Below are positions 1 through 8,723 of a DNA stretch of 30,780 bases, piece by piece. The stretch's first letter is position 1. Every line of letters begins with the position of its first letter. The notes beneath the pieces were generated by a model. The model did no database searches, had not been told where the DNA came from, and saw only the letters and a list, made by a program, of their open reading frames with translations. Position numbers and translations under genes: made by a program. The DNA comes from a virus (lineage: Duplodnaviria > Caudoviricetes): positions 1 through 30,780 of IMG/VR virus record IMGVR_UViG_3300011338_000680. The stretch is one strand, 5' to 3'.

Positions 1-919
1 GAAACTGTTCGGTACCTGAAAAGGAGACAACAGCAGCTGCAAACTCCGAAGCAAGGCTTGGGTTGTCAGCACTGATTTTATCAAGAGCGCCTCTCAGCTC
101 TTTGTGCATCTGGCTAGGGGGAAGGGTGTAGAGGTATTGGATCTGTTCAGCCCAGTTATTACCCTTTAGAATTCCATCAACGGGTGTAACGTTACCATAG
201 GTCTTGTACCAATCGTAGATACCGAATGAAGCAAAAGTCTTGGCTTTGTCTACAAACCATCCACCCCAGCTTTGCTCTTTTGCTTGAGCAGCAAAGTCCT
301 CAGCAGCAGATTTAGCAATCTCCTGTTTGGTAGTAAGAGTTTCAGCAATCTCAGACATCGTAGCAACGTGCTCAAGGTCGTGTTTGATCGCTTCTGTAAG
401 AACAGATTCGGCTGGGTTTCCAAGACTGGGAACCATACTGATGAAGGACTTTGCGTAGGCCTTCTCAAAGATAGTTGCAGGGTCATTCTTAGGCTGGCTA
501 CGAATGATCTGTTCAACTAACTTTGGATCCCACGTGTTTAGCGAGCCATCAGAAGCAGCTTGTTTAATTACACTAATTTTGTTTGCCTGATCCTCGGCGT
601 CTTTTTGAGCTGCAACAGACTCACGAAGGCTTGCCTCTTGACCAGTAGCTAGTGAGTTAGAAACAATTTCAGCTCCAGGAGCTTTATCTCCTAGAGCAAA
701 AAGAACCTTAGCCGTGCGCTGGTCATTAGCCTCACCTAGAACAGCTGGACGATCCCCTTTGTCAATGATGGAAAGCTTCTGCTGCTCTGGAGCAGTCTCT
801 TCAAGAGAGATAGCCCCATCAATAGCCAGAGGCTTTTCAGCTGGGACCATTCCTCCAAACGTCAAAGAAGAGGCGTCTAGCTCTTCTGGAGTTTTAGTAA
901 CTTGAGATTCAGTAGGCAT
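1..919 (-). CDS. Large internal virion (ejection) protein, N-terminal part; runs off the window edge
   Basis: Not in the ORF track. ATG at 919 just after the stop of 922..1485. Open frame MPTESQVTKTPEELDASSLTFGG...KEQSWGGWFVDKAK...AAAVVSFSGTEQF continues to the window end. Ala/Glu/Gln-rich, positioned after nozzle/GNAT/small ejection protein as in T7-like podoviruses. Confidence 0.75.
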   Translation of the reverse strand, partial: MPTESQVTKTPEELDASSLTFGGMVPAEKPLAIDGAISLEETAPEQQKLSIIDKGDRPAVLGEANDQRTAKVLFALGDKAPGAEIVSNSLATGQEASLRESVAAQKDAEDQANKISVIKQAASDGSLNTWDPKLVEQIIRSQPKNDPATIFEKAYAKSFISMVPSLGNPAESVLTEAIKHDLEHVATMSEIAETLTTKQEIAKSAAEDFAAQAKEQSWGGWFVDKAKTFASFGIYDWYKTYGNVTPVDGILKGNNWAEQIQYLYTLPPSQMHKELRGALDKISADNPSLASEFAAAVVSFSGTEQF

Positions 920-921
920 AC

Positions 922-1485
922 TTAAGCGTTACCACCAACCTGGTAAATATCGTTTGACTGTGTCCAGCCGCCGTTATCTGTTCCGTCAAAGAAGCCACCA
1001 AGCTTGCCCCAACCGAAGTCAGCAATCTTTCCAATACCTCCAGCCGATTTGGCAAAAGCATTAATCAAAGACATACGGCCAGCTGTACGAGCCTGAGACT
1101 GGGAGTTATCCCAAAGGGCCTTACCTCGGGCTCCTTCAAGAGCATAGAGCTGTTCAGCCAACTGCTCGTTCTGGTTAATACCTTGGAGGTTCACAGTAGC
1201 TTGGTCAGAAATTGAAGCAGTAGCTCCAGCAAGAGCTGAAGTATTAGAAGCACCGGCGTTAGCAGCGTTATTCTCTGCTTGAGCTGTAGCTACCTGGGAC
1301 TGACGGATGACATCACGCCTGCGTCGTTCTGCATCCAGACGGACTTGCTGCATACGAACAGCGTTTTCCATCATGGAGATCATAGCTATGTTGGAGTTGT
1401 TACCTCCGCCACTGCGACCAAGCAAACCAGACATGAGGCCGCCAGCAGTCCCCAAACCGGTTATAAGAGTAGAAAGGGCAGCCAT
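922..1485 (-). CDS. Small internal virion/ejection protein (T7 gp14-like position)
   Basis: Gly-rich hydrophobic N-terminus (TGLGTAGGLMSGLLG), Ala/Gln/Asn-rich helical body, synteny downstream of nozzle and GNAT genes. Confidence 0.65.
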   Translation of the reverse strand: MAALSTLITGLGTAGGLMSGLLGRSGGGNNSNIAMISMMENAVRMQQVRLDAERRRRDVIRQSQVATAQAENNAANAGASNTSALAGATASISDQATVNLQGINQNEQLAEQLYALEGARGKALWDNSQSQARTAGRMSLINAFAKSAGGIGKIADFGWGKLGGFFDGTDNGGWTQSNDIYQVGGNA

Positions 1486-1949
1486 TAAACTATTTCTTTC
1501 AAGTAAGACACTTCTTTTGGTTCGTACCCAAAGCGTTCCAGGAGGGAACCCACTTTAGATCCATTTAGAGCCCCAAGGGACTGCATCTGTATAAAGGAGC
1601 TACCCTCCATGCTGGCCCAGTGCTCAAAGGCCCCCAGGAGCTCCAGAGCGGCCTTAGAACGGCCTCTGAACTCGGGGGCTATCCACCACATCACCTCGGC
1701 AGCTACTAGCTCGGAAGAGAAAAGAGCCTGAGAGAGATGGCCAGCTATGATACCTATAGGTGTATCTTTAGATAAAGCTAAGATACATATCCTTTCATTT
1801 TTGTCTCCTTCTAAAAAGAGACGAATAAAAGAATCGATCTTAGCTATATCATAAGGGAGGTCTCTATAAGGAGACTCCTTTAGGAACTTAAGACTAAACT
1901 CCAGTACAGTGGAGTAATCGTCTTTATCTGCTATCTTAAGAGTTATCAA
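1485..1949 (-). CDS. GNAT-family acetyltransferase-like virion morphogenesis protein
   Basis: GNAT-type pattern WWIAPEFRGR..A..LL..FE.WA and terminal LLERFGY. Coupled to both neighbours. Confidence 0.75.
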   Translation of the reverse strand: MITLKIADKDDYSTVLEFSLKFLKESPYRDLPYDIAKIDSFIRLFLEGDKNERICILALSKDTPIGIIAGHLSQALFSSELVAAEVMWWIAPEFRGRSKAALELLGAFEHWASMEGSSFIQMQSLGALNGSKVGSLLERFGYEPKEVSYLKEIV

Positions 1950-4108
1950 GGAGATTTGTTCTGAGTTTCAAACCTAGTCCAACCAGCAAGGTTAAACGGT
2001 TTTCCAGTGACAGACTTAAACCGAAGTTGAAGAGCTTTTCCTGTACCTCTAACCTTTAGCTTTCTTACTCGGTAGGCTCGTTTCTGCTCATCAAATTCGA
2101 TAAGCTGGGTAGCCCCATATCTACCGGAAGCAATAGAGGTTCCGTAATCCCATACAGATTGAAGCTTAATCGTTGACTGGTCTTTATTTCCAAGGACGAT
2201 GGAGATATAATTATCTTGGAAAGTAGCTAAAGTCCCAGTTGGAACTTTATACCCAGTTGTGAATGAACTCTCGTAGTCTTTACCCACACTGTCAAAAGTC
2301 TTAAAGTCGAAGTAAGACGTATCCAGTGTTTCTGCAAAAGTCGTATTGTACTGTCCACCAGAGTTTGAAGAAACCACATATTTGAAGACAGAGGCGGTTA
2401 GAGCAGTAACATTAGAGCGGCTTACAATGGGCTCTCCATTATCATCTAGTACAGGATTCCCGTTTGTATCATAGGTATAAACATCAGTAAGTGAGGTAGA
2501 CGGCCCCCTAATTGTAACTAGACCATTAATTTTAACTTCTTGGTTTGGAAAGGACCAGTTGTAGAATGCTTTAGAAGAAGTATTGTAGATTAGTGCCGAG
2601 TTAAACTCATATTTATGGGCAACCGTGGTTATTGGAACAGCCCTATAAATCCATTGTACCTGTTTCGTGATTACGTTATAAGCGCCTTTTACATACTTTT
2701 TATTCTCTACAGGAATCGTAGAAAAGAATTGCTTAATCGTTCTTTCTGAAATGGATTCCACCTGGGCAGCACCAGCTTGGTTTACCGAGGTAATCGCGTA
2801 GATACCGTCGTTATTCCACCACATGGGAAGACCATCAATATCTACGAAAGATGAACCAGTGAGAGCTGGGATCGAGGTAACTTTTCTGATACTAAAGTCA
2901 TTTGGAGAAAAGCCAAGACCTTGGTTTCCGGTAATCGCCCATACGCCATTCGTAGAAAAAACCAGAAGGGAGGTCTGGATAACTACAAGCTTGACGATTG
3001 AACCAACATCGAGGATGTCAATCGTTCCACCATCAGTGGCTAGGAGGTCAAAGAGGTACTCATTGGTCGGATCATTCTGTTGGTGACAAAGACCGAAGTA
3101 AAGAGGGTCTTTTGCGATCTGAGAGTAGTAAATGGTTGTTGCGAACCCATTAGCGTCTACACCAGCATACCACACACGTCCTGCAAAGAAAGCAGTGGAC
3201 TTAGGTCTAATACCTCCAGAAGATACTACGGGAATACCAGTAATACCTGATACCGTTGATCTGTCGATGTTAAAAGCATCGTAGACATAGTGCCCCTTAG
3301 GAGCTGGGGTATTACCTCTTAGATTGACAGTATTAAGGGCAAAGTCAATAATCTTATTTGGATCTCGGAAGAGCCAAAAGACGTCAGCATTTGATGGATA
3401 GTTAGCCTTAGCAGCACTTTTAAAGTAGGCATTAAAGCCGGCGTAGCCATTCTTCCAATAGTTGACTAGATCCCAACCTTCAGGAGTAATGCCCCAACCT
3501 TGGTTAAATAGATTATATTTATGTTCATTCGTTAAAGTAGTTGGTCGGGTGTCCCAGTTAGTGCCAAGTTCATCCACGATACCCTTCATATCACGGACTT
3601 TCATATTGATAGCCGTACCAGAGAATGTACCAAGACTGGAGTTATAGGAGACGTAGAATGGCGTACAGTTAGGATGAACTACAAATAGATACCCCTGGCC
3701 ATAGGAGAATTGACACTCACTGAGGGGGCTAAGTGTCGGGCTACCAGTAGCAAACGTAGAGATATCCACCACACTAGCAAATGCCCCAGCAGATACTGGA
3801 GCAGTGTTTGAGACTAGATAAAAATACAGAATGCTACCGGCCTGGAGGACAACGATGTGTGTGTCAGCCAAACCAGCAGCATTCTGCCAAAGAAAGGTAT
3901 TTACCGTGTTGCCTGCACGGTCAATGAGTTTTAGAGAAGAGCTAGGTTCGTAGTCAACCCCAAGGCGTCGGTAAACGTCACCTTTTGGGTGGAAGACACA
4001 GTTATTAGTTTCAGTACAAGCGTTCTCAGGGAAGTTGAGACCAGTAGCTTCTGTAATTAAACCATTGATGAAGTTGTGTTCAACTGAAACTTTAATAGCT
4101 CTGGGCAT
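1946..4108 (-). CDS. Tail tubular protein B / nozzle
   Basis: 720 aa, beta-rich. N-terminal NFINGLITEATGLNFPENA, internal AFFAGRVWYAG and LLVFSTNGVWAITG are typical of podovirus nozzle proteins. Follows the adaptor gene. Confidence 0.8.
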   Translation of the reverse strand: MPRAIKVSVEHNFINGLITEATGLNFPENACTETNNCVFHPKGDVYRRLGVDYEPSSSLKLIDRAGNTVNTFLWQNAAGLADTHIVVLQAGSILYFYLVSNTAPVSAGAFASVVDISTFATGSPTLSPLSECQFSYGQGYLFVVHPNCTPFYVSYNSSLGTFSGTAINMKVRDMKGIVDELGTNWDTRPTTLTNEHKYNLFNQGWGITPEGWDLVNYWKNGYAGFNAYFKSAAKANYPSNADVFWLFRDPNKIIDFALNTVNLRGNTPAPKGHYVYDAFNIDRSTVSGITGIPVVSSGGIRPKSTAFFAGRVWYAGVDANGFATTIYYSQIAKDPLYFGLCHQQNDPTNEYLFDLLATDGGTIDILDVGSIVKLVVIQTSLLVFSTNGVWAITGNQGLGFSPNDFSIRKVTSIPALTGSSFVDIDGLPMWWNNDGIYAITSVNQAGAAQVESISERTIKQFFSTIPVENKKYVKGAYNVITKQVQWIYRAVPITTVAHKYEFNSALIYNTSSKAFYNWSFPNQEVKINGLVTIRGPSTSLTDVYTYDTNGNPVLDDNGEPIVSRSNVTALTASVFKYVVSSNSGGQYNTTFAETLDTSYFDFKTFDSVGKDYESSFTTGYKVPTGTLATFQDNYISIVLGNKDQSTIKLQSVWDYGTSIASGRYGATQLIEFDEQKRAYRVRKLKVRGTGKALQLRFKSVTGKPFNLAGWTRFETQNKSP

Positions 4109-4121
4109 TATTCAACTTTAA

Positions 4122-4364
4122 TTAATTGACTTCGATTGTTTTGACTTCCTTCTTTGTCTTAGCTAGGTAGTTCTCTACTGCTTTCTTAGCTTCGTCAAAG
4201 GAGGTATAGCTGCCTTTTAGTTCTTCTGGAACTGAACCTCTTTCATAGGCGCAATGCCAAAAACCGTAAGGATCTGTTCTACGTACATGAAGAGTGTTCT
4301 TATCGAGAACAAACTTCCGGTCGGTGGAAAGGTCTTTGTCTCCAGTAAATTCGTCAAAGTTCAT
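4122..4364 (-). CDS. Hypothetical protein between tail adaptor and nozzle
   Basis: 80-aa ATG ORF filling the gap in the late operon. Confidence 0.7.
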   Translation of the reverse strand: MNFDEFTGDKDLSTDRKFVLDKNTLHVRRTDPYGFWHCAYERGSVPEELKGSYTSFDEAKKAVENYLAKTKKEVKTIEVN

Positions 4365-4370
4365 TATGGG

Positions 4371-5144
4371 CTATTTTCTCCGTCCGTATCCTTGAATCTG
4401 ATTATACCAAGGCCACTCATGTTCAACGGAGTGCTTTGAGGATTGGGTCTTAATCCTAGCTCGGCGTTCCGCTTTTTCAGCTTTTGCGTGAACCGTTTGT
4501 TTCAGTTCTGCAAAAGCTGTAGCCTTAGACATATTAAAAAGAAGTGACTCGTACTTGCTGTCTTTGAAGGGGATAAAGCCATCTGAAACTTCAAAAGCAG
4601 GTGTCTTCTTACCGTAGCAAAGTGTCTTTGAACTCTGCAAAGTAACATCGAAGTCGGTGTTTAAAGCGTTAAAAACAACCTTTCTATTGTCAAAGGTTGT
4701 GTAGTACTCAGGAGCACGGTCTGTATAGTAGAGAAGGTCTACTGTAGCTCCTTCAGTAGGAAATACAAAAGATCCGATATTCGTTTCAGTTGTTACATAA
4801 GACTGAACAATACGAAGAAACTCGTCAATCGGAAGATAAGTAATACGTTCAAACTGTTGGTAGTTACTAACAGATGGGTCTATTTTATTGTACTTGATCC
4901 AATCAACGTTTTCAATGTTATCGGGTAAACCCATAACGACAGGCTCACCAGGATCAGTAGAAGCGTCCAGACTAAAGAGAGTATACTCGTCAGGAAGCTC
5001 GATTTCAGTTAGAATGTCGTAGTAACAATTCTTAACGATGTTAGCTACTTGTTGAGCCTCAATCGTGTCTCCAACCGAGTTAACCTCATCAGAGTCCATT
5101 GAGGACAGAATATCTTGTACAAGTTCAATGAGGCTGCGAGGCAC
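4371..5144 (-). CDS. Tail tubular protein A / adaptor
   Basis: GTG start. N-terminal LIELVQDILSSMDSDEVNSVGDTIEAQQVA resembles podovirus adaptor N-termini. Size and position fit. Confidence 0.8.
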   Translation of the reverse strand: MPRSLIELVQDILSSMDSDEVNSVGDTIEAQQVANIVKNCYYDILTEIELPDEYTLFSLDASTDPGEPVVMGLPDNIENVDWIKYNKIDPSVSNYQQFERITYLPIDEFLRIVQSYVTTETNIGSFVFPTEGATVDLLYYTDRAPEYYTTFDNRKVVFNALNTDFDVTLQSSKTLCYGKKTPAFEVSDGFIPFKDSKYESLLFNMSKATAFAELKQTVHAKAEKAERRARIKTQSSKHSVEHEWPWYNQIQGYGRRK

Positions 5145-5316
5145 TTAACTTATCCCAGATTGCGTTGTGCTTTTTTATTTCTATAATGGTATCTCTGGTG
5201 TCTTTCTGGTCCCAACCAATGGGTTTAAAGATCTCAGTACAGAGGTTACTTACTTTTGGTACGCTCATACTTGTCGTGACGCAAGACGCTAGAAGGGTCC
5301 CGAGTAAAACCATCAT
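5125..5316 (-). CDS. Outer-membrane spanin (Rz1-like lipoprotein), 63 aa
   Basis: Re-started at ATG 5316: MMVLLGTLLASC has a hydrophobic segment and lipobox LAS-C. Overlaps the 3' end of the i-spanin candidate in another frame, the classic Rz/Rz1 arrangement. Confidence 0.7.
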   Translation of the reverse strand: MMVLLGTLLASCVTTSMSVPKVSNLCTEIFKPIGWDQKDTRDTIIEIKKHNAIWDKLSASQPH

Positions 5317-5488
5317 CAAGTTGTTTGCGTACTTTGTCAGCCTCGGAGAGTGCCGCAGCTTGCTGAGCCAGGATGTCTGCAATTACCTTTGCCTCGCCTT
5401 GTTTGATTAGTTCGTTTTCACGAAGCCAAGTTAGAAGCTGGCTGAGAAGCTGGGCGATAACTAAAGCTAGCTTCGCCCAGGTTAACAT
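5246..5488 (-). CDS. Inner-membrane spanin (Rz-like)
   Basis: N-terminal TM segment (LALVIAQLLSQLLTWL) followed by a helical/coiled-coil region. Start overlaps the holin stop (TAATG). Confidence 0.7.
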   Translation of the reverse strand: MLTWAKLALVIAQLLSQLLTWLRENELIKQGEAKVIADILAQQAAALSEADKVRKQLDDGFTRDPSSVLRHDKYERTKSK

Positions 5489-5661
5489 TACTCACCCTTG
5501 GAGATTGCAACCCGAAGGGTACCAACACCGGCTGCAGCTTCAAGAGCGTAAACCCATTCAGGGATTACGATACCATAAGCCTGAAGACCAGCAGTGACCA
5601 TAGCAAGTGCAATCACAATATAGGTCTTCTTACCATTTAGAAGTTCAAGAATCTTATTCAT
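5488..5661 (-). CDS. Holin-like membrane protein, 57 aa
   Basis: Not in the ORF track: MNKILELLNGKKTYIVIALAMVTAGLQAYGIVIPEWVYALEAAAGVGTLRVAISKGE. Two hydrophobic segments, located between endolysin and spanins. Confidence 0.7.
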   Translation of the reverse strand: MNKILELLNGKKTYIVIALAMVTAGLQAYGIVIPEWVYALEAAAGVGTLRVAISKGE

Positions 5662-5665
5662 AATT

Positions 5666-6148
5666 TTATCCTACTGTTGCATACTGGAAATGCATTGCAT
5701 CTCTACGACCTGTCCAGTCTCCACCCCAGATCCAACCTTCTTCTTTGAATGTCTTTACGACAAGACTATCAGACTTAAAGTTGGTCTTAGAAGCAGGAGC
5801 CGCTAGAGGGTTATGAGGGGCGTCAATATCGATAGCTAAAGCATAACTGTGCATTGATGGATGAGAGCCACCTCGGATCATTCGTACTGCAAATGAGCCT
5901 GAGAAACAGTCACAACCCGCAGCATGGATCTTAGATTGAGTATGCCCACAACGATCCCAAATCTTAGTAAGAACCGAAGAGAGGCTATTTGCAGCAACTT
6001 TGTTAATCTGGATAGACTTAATTGGTATATCACCCATACTCATTACCCAAGGTACTGGAACTCGTACGAGATTCTTAGCACCCCAACCAGAGATAGATGG
6101 ATTACCAAAAAGTTTTAGACATTCAGACTGTTTAGGAAGTTTAGCCAT
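5666..6148 (-). CDS. Endolysin, peptidase M15 family (L-Ala-D-Glu peptidase-like)
   Basis: Zn-binding SMHSYALAIDID (SxHxxxxAxD) plus WGGDW...RDAMHFQ. RBS AGAGGA upstream. Confidence 0.88.
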   Translation of the reverse strand: MAKLPKQSECLKLFGNPSISGWGAKNLVRVPVPWVMSMGDIPIKSIQINKVAANSLSSVLTKIWDRCGHTQSKIHAAGCDCFSGSFAVRMIRGGSHPSMHSYALAIDIDAPHNPLAAPASKTNFKSDSLVVKTFKEEGWIWGGDWTGRRDAMHFQYATVG

Positions 6149-6157
6149 TAGTCCTCT

Positions 6158-6193
6158 AAAGAGGGGAGGGGCCTTTTATAGCCCCTCCTTTTT
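6158..6193 (-). terminator. Intrinsic terminator-like hairpin after the capsid/decoration genes
   Basis: GGAGGGGC (6165-6172) / GCCCCTCC (6181-6188) stem. Short U tract on the minus strand and T run on the plus strand. Lies directly after the TAA at 6195-6197. Confidence 0.6.
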
Positions 6194-6194
6194 G

Positions 6195-6689
6195 TTAGAC
6201 GCTACCCTTCGACCAGCGAACGCGGATCGAGAGCTTGCCAGCAGTGAAGGCGGCCGTACCGTACTTGGCAGAGATCAGCGCCGGGAAACCCGGAGTCGAG
6301 CCAATCTTTGCACCAGCACCCGTCTAGCCAAGCGTAAGCGTGGTACGATTACCAGCGTTACCAAACGTAGCAACAGCCAAAGCCGAAACAAGACCCGTGG
6401 CCGAAATAGCCGTGGTCGTGTCCGACTTATAGAGGCCCACAGAAAGGGTAGCCGAACCACCAGAGGTGGCAGAGACGAGCGTCTCAAGTTCTACTGCTTC
6501 AATGAAGGCGTCCTTCGGGAGGAACGTCGAGTAGTTAAGAATGGCGTCCGAAGAGGTAAGCGTAGTCAGGTCAAGAGTGATAACCGTCTCGCGCGTAGAG
6601 CCAAGCGTACGGAACTCACCAATCGTACCAGCAGTAGCCTCTTCAGGACCGAACTTGACGTACAGACCGTCAGAATTATACCAACCCAT
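6195..6689 (-). CDS. Capsid decoration / minor capsid protein, interrupted by an in-frame TAG at 6324-6326
   Basis: MGWYNSDGLYVKFG..., Thr/Ala/Gly-rich, directly after MCP with capsid-like codon bias. The frame continues past TAG for 42 codons (TGAGAKIG...AAFTAGKLSIRVRWSKGSV) to TAA just before the terminator. Confidence 0.75.
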
Positions 6690-6714
6690 TAGTTATTATC
6701 TCCTATAGTATTAA

Positions 6715-7661
6715 TTAGACCTGAGAGGCGTCAGACAGAACCGTAACCAGGTTCTCAGGACGGTACAGCTTGTAGCCGTAGCGGCACGTCGTGACGTACT
6801 CTTCGCGCTGGAGGTCCTTGTTATACTCGGAGTCAACCTTCGGGGCCTGGCGAACCGAACCGACGAACGGCAGAACATCAGGAGCAGCGGAGAAGAAGTA
6901 GTTAGCAACACCATTCGTCACCGAACGCGAGTTGACCGTCTCCGAGATCGAGCGAGGGAGGTTGACCGAGGTATAGACGTCAAAGCCATAGATGTTAGCA
7001 ATAAACTTCATACCCGTGCTCATACCATCACGCACGATACCTTCCCAACGCGGGTTGTTGGAGAGGTTCACGATGTTGGTCGTGGTAGCCAAAGCGTACT
7101 CAACCGAAGGATCAACAATCGCAACCAAATTGGTCATCGGGACGTTGGCCTTCTGGAGGGCATACTTGGCCTTAGCAAAGTCCTGGGGAACCATGACATT
7201 GTTGGTGCCAGCAGCCACCCAACGGTGGGCAGCCGAATTGATGTTGTTCAGATCAGAGGCAGTCTGACCAGCGTTGCCCAAGGCAAGCACATCAACTTCC
7301 ATCGCCTTAGCGATAGCACGATGCTGCTTCGGGCGAACGAACTAACAAGGCGGGACATATAGAATCTGTCCTGCTTCATCTTGTTCGTAATGTACGTAGC
7401 CGAGGACTTGTACTTGTTAATGGTGAACGTGAAGTTACCAGTATCCATCGCAGTGTAGCGAATTGCCTGACCTTCATCGTAGTCCAGCACTTCAGCCTGA
7501 CCGATAGACGGGATATTCAACGTATCGCCATCAGGGAAATCAGAGATCATGTCCACGTATTTCGTGGCAAAGAGCTCTTCGAGAAGAACCTCCTTGATCT
7601 GGGCAGACCAGAGGTTAGAACGAACGAGGTGTTCGTTGGTACCATAGCTAAAACCAGCCAT
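6715..7661 (-). CDS. Major capsid protein (about 315 aa), split by a 1-nt frameshift near 7333-7334
   Basis: ORFs 7248..7661 and 6715..7302 join as ...MSRLVSSF[x]PKQHRAIAKAMEVD... if one base is inserted (TTC G-C CCG). Motifs DFPDGDTLNIPSIG and C-terminal RYGYKLYRPENL. Follows scaffold, RBS AAGGA. Confidence 0.9.
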
Positions 7662-7686
7662 TTAAATTAGTATTCCTTTTGTTAAA

Positions 7687-8451
7687 TTAGGTGTCGAAAA
7701 AGGTTTCTCCCAAACGAAGTGCATCCTGGTGGAGCTGGTTCTGAACACTAGGCGACCAATAAGTACTAGGGTCTTTAGCTTTTAGGTCGTTGTAGTAAGA
7801 CATCTTACGATCACCAGTAGGGGTGAAACCCTTTACAGGAGCCATCTGGCGTCCCTGCGGAGGGGTAAAGAGGCCATTTGTGTTAGAGGCAGTAGGTTGC
7901 TTAGGAGTCTCATTCTCAATTAGCTTAAGGAACGCTTTGGGCTGCTCCTTTGCGAGATTGTTGAGAAACTCTTCACCAACGCCAAGCGTAGAGGCTGCTT
8001 CTTTGAGATGGGTTGCGAACTGAGGTCCATACTTCTCTTCAAGAGATGAACGGACGAAGTTCAAGTTAGCTTCCTGAGTACGGAGCTTGTCAGCCTGGGA
8101 GAGACGCTGTTCGACAAGTCGAGCAATGTCTTCTTCCGTAATCTGCTTTGCTCCACCTTCTCCATTACCGGATGGCTGGTGGCTACCGGATTCGGAATTG
8201 GGTGTCTCACTTCGGGGAGTAGAGATTTTGTCCATCATCTGCTCAATCGTGAGTCGAGTATTCAGTTCTTGTCGAATTCCACCTAGTTCACCTTTCAACT
8301 GTTCGATGAACCTATCGGATTCAACCTTTGCCCTGGCAAGGTCTTCCTGGGACTTAAACTTCTTTCCTTCACCAACAAGCTCTTCAAAGTAGTTCTTATT
8401 AGTGTCGGTAGGAGGGTTATTGGTATTCGTCTGGGTAAAAAGATCGGTCAA
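7687..8451 (-). CDS. Capsid scaffolding protein
   Basis: TTG start. Charged helical protein with LVGEGKKFKSQEDLA and C-terminal YWSPSVQNQ. Immediately upstream of MCP. Confidence 0.75.
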   Translation of the reverse strand: MTDLFTQTNTNNPPTDTNKNYFEELVGEGKKFKSQEDLARAKVESDRFIEQLKGELGGIRQELNTRLTIEQMMDKISTPRSETPNSESGSHQPSGNGEGGAKQITEEDIARLVEQRLSQADKLRTQEANLNFVRSSLEEKYGPQFATHLKEAASTLGVGEEFLNNLAKEQPKAFLKLIENETPKQPTASNTNGLFTPPQGRQMAPVKGFTPTGDRKMSYYNDLKAKDPSTYWSPSVQNQLHQDALRLGETFFDT

Positions 8452-8459
8452 TCTTTATC

Positions 8460-8723
8460 CTATTTAATAAACTCCAGGAGGCTCCGAATTTCCTTAAGTG
8501 CAGCTTTTTGCCCTAGTCTGAATGCTGCTTTATGAGACCAGGAAGGACTATCAAAGTCCGAAGGGGAGACCTCTTGGTTGTTAATGGTAATTTCTTTCTC
8601 TTCTATAAGGTCATACAGGCGAGAAAGGGCTACTACGCTATTACGGATAATAGCTTCCATCTCTACCTTTTTCTTAGGATCAGAGATGCTTTTGGTCCAA
8701 TGGACCGGAAGAGACTTACTCAC
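8460..8723 (-). CDS. Hypothetical head-module protein between portal and scaffold
   Basis: 87 aa, GTGA overlap with the portal stop, motif DFDSPSWSHKAA. Confidence 0.7.
   Translation of the reverse strand: MSKSLPVHWTKSISDPKKKVEMEAIIRNSVVALSRLYDLIEEKEITINNQEVSPSDFDSPSWSHKAAFRLGQKAALKEIRSLLEFIK

Noticed and set aside
6324-6326. Genome-wide TAG reassignment with the tRNA-like gene as suppressor
   Set aside because: Several genes end normally at TAG with the next gene right behind, long genes have no internal TAG, and the tRNA-like loop has no CUA.
6000-6692. 230-aa plus-strand ORF and other antisense ORFs (e.g. 12570..13133, 13570..13965, 17391..17804)
   Set aside because: Shadow frames opposite well-supported codon-biased genes, with no RBS or motifs.
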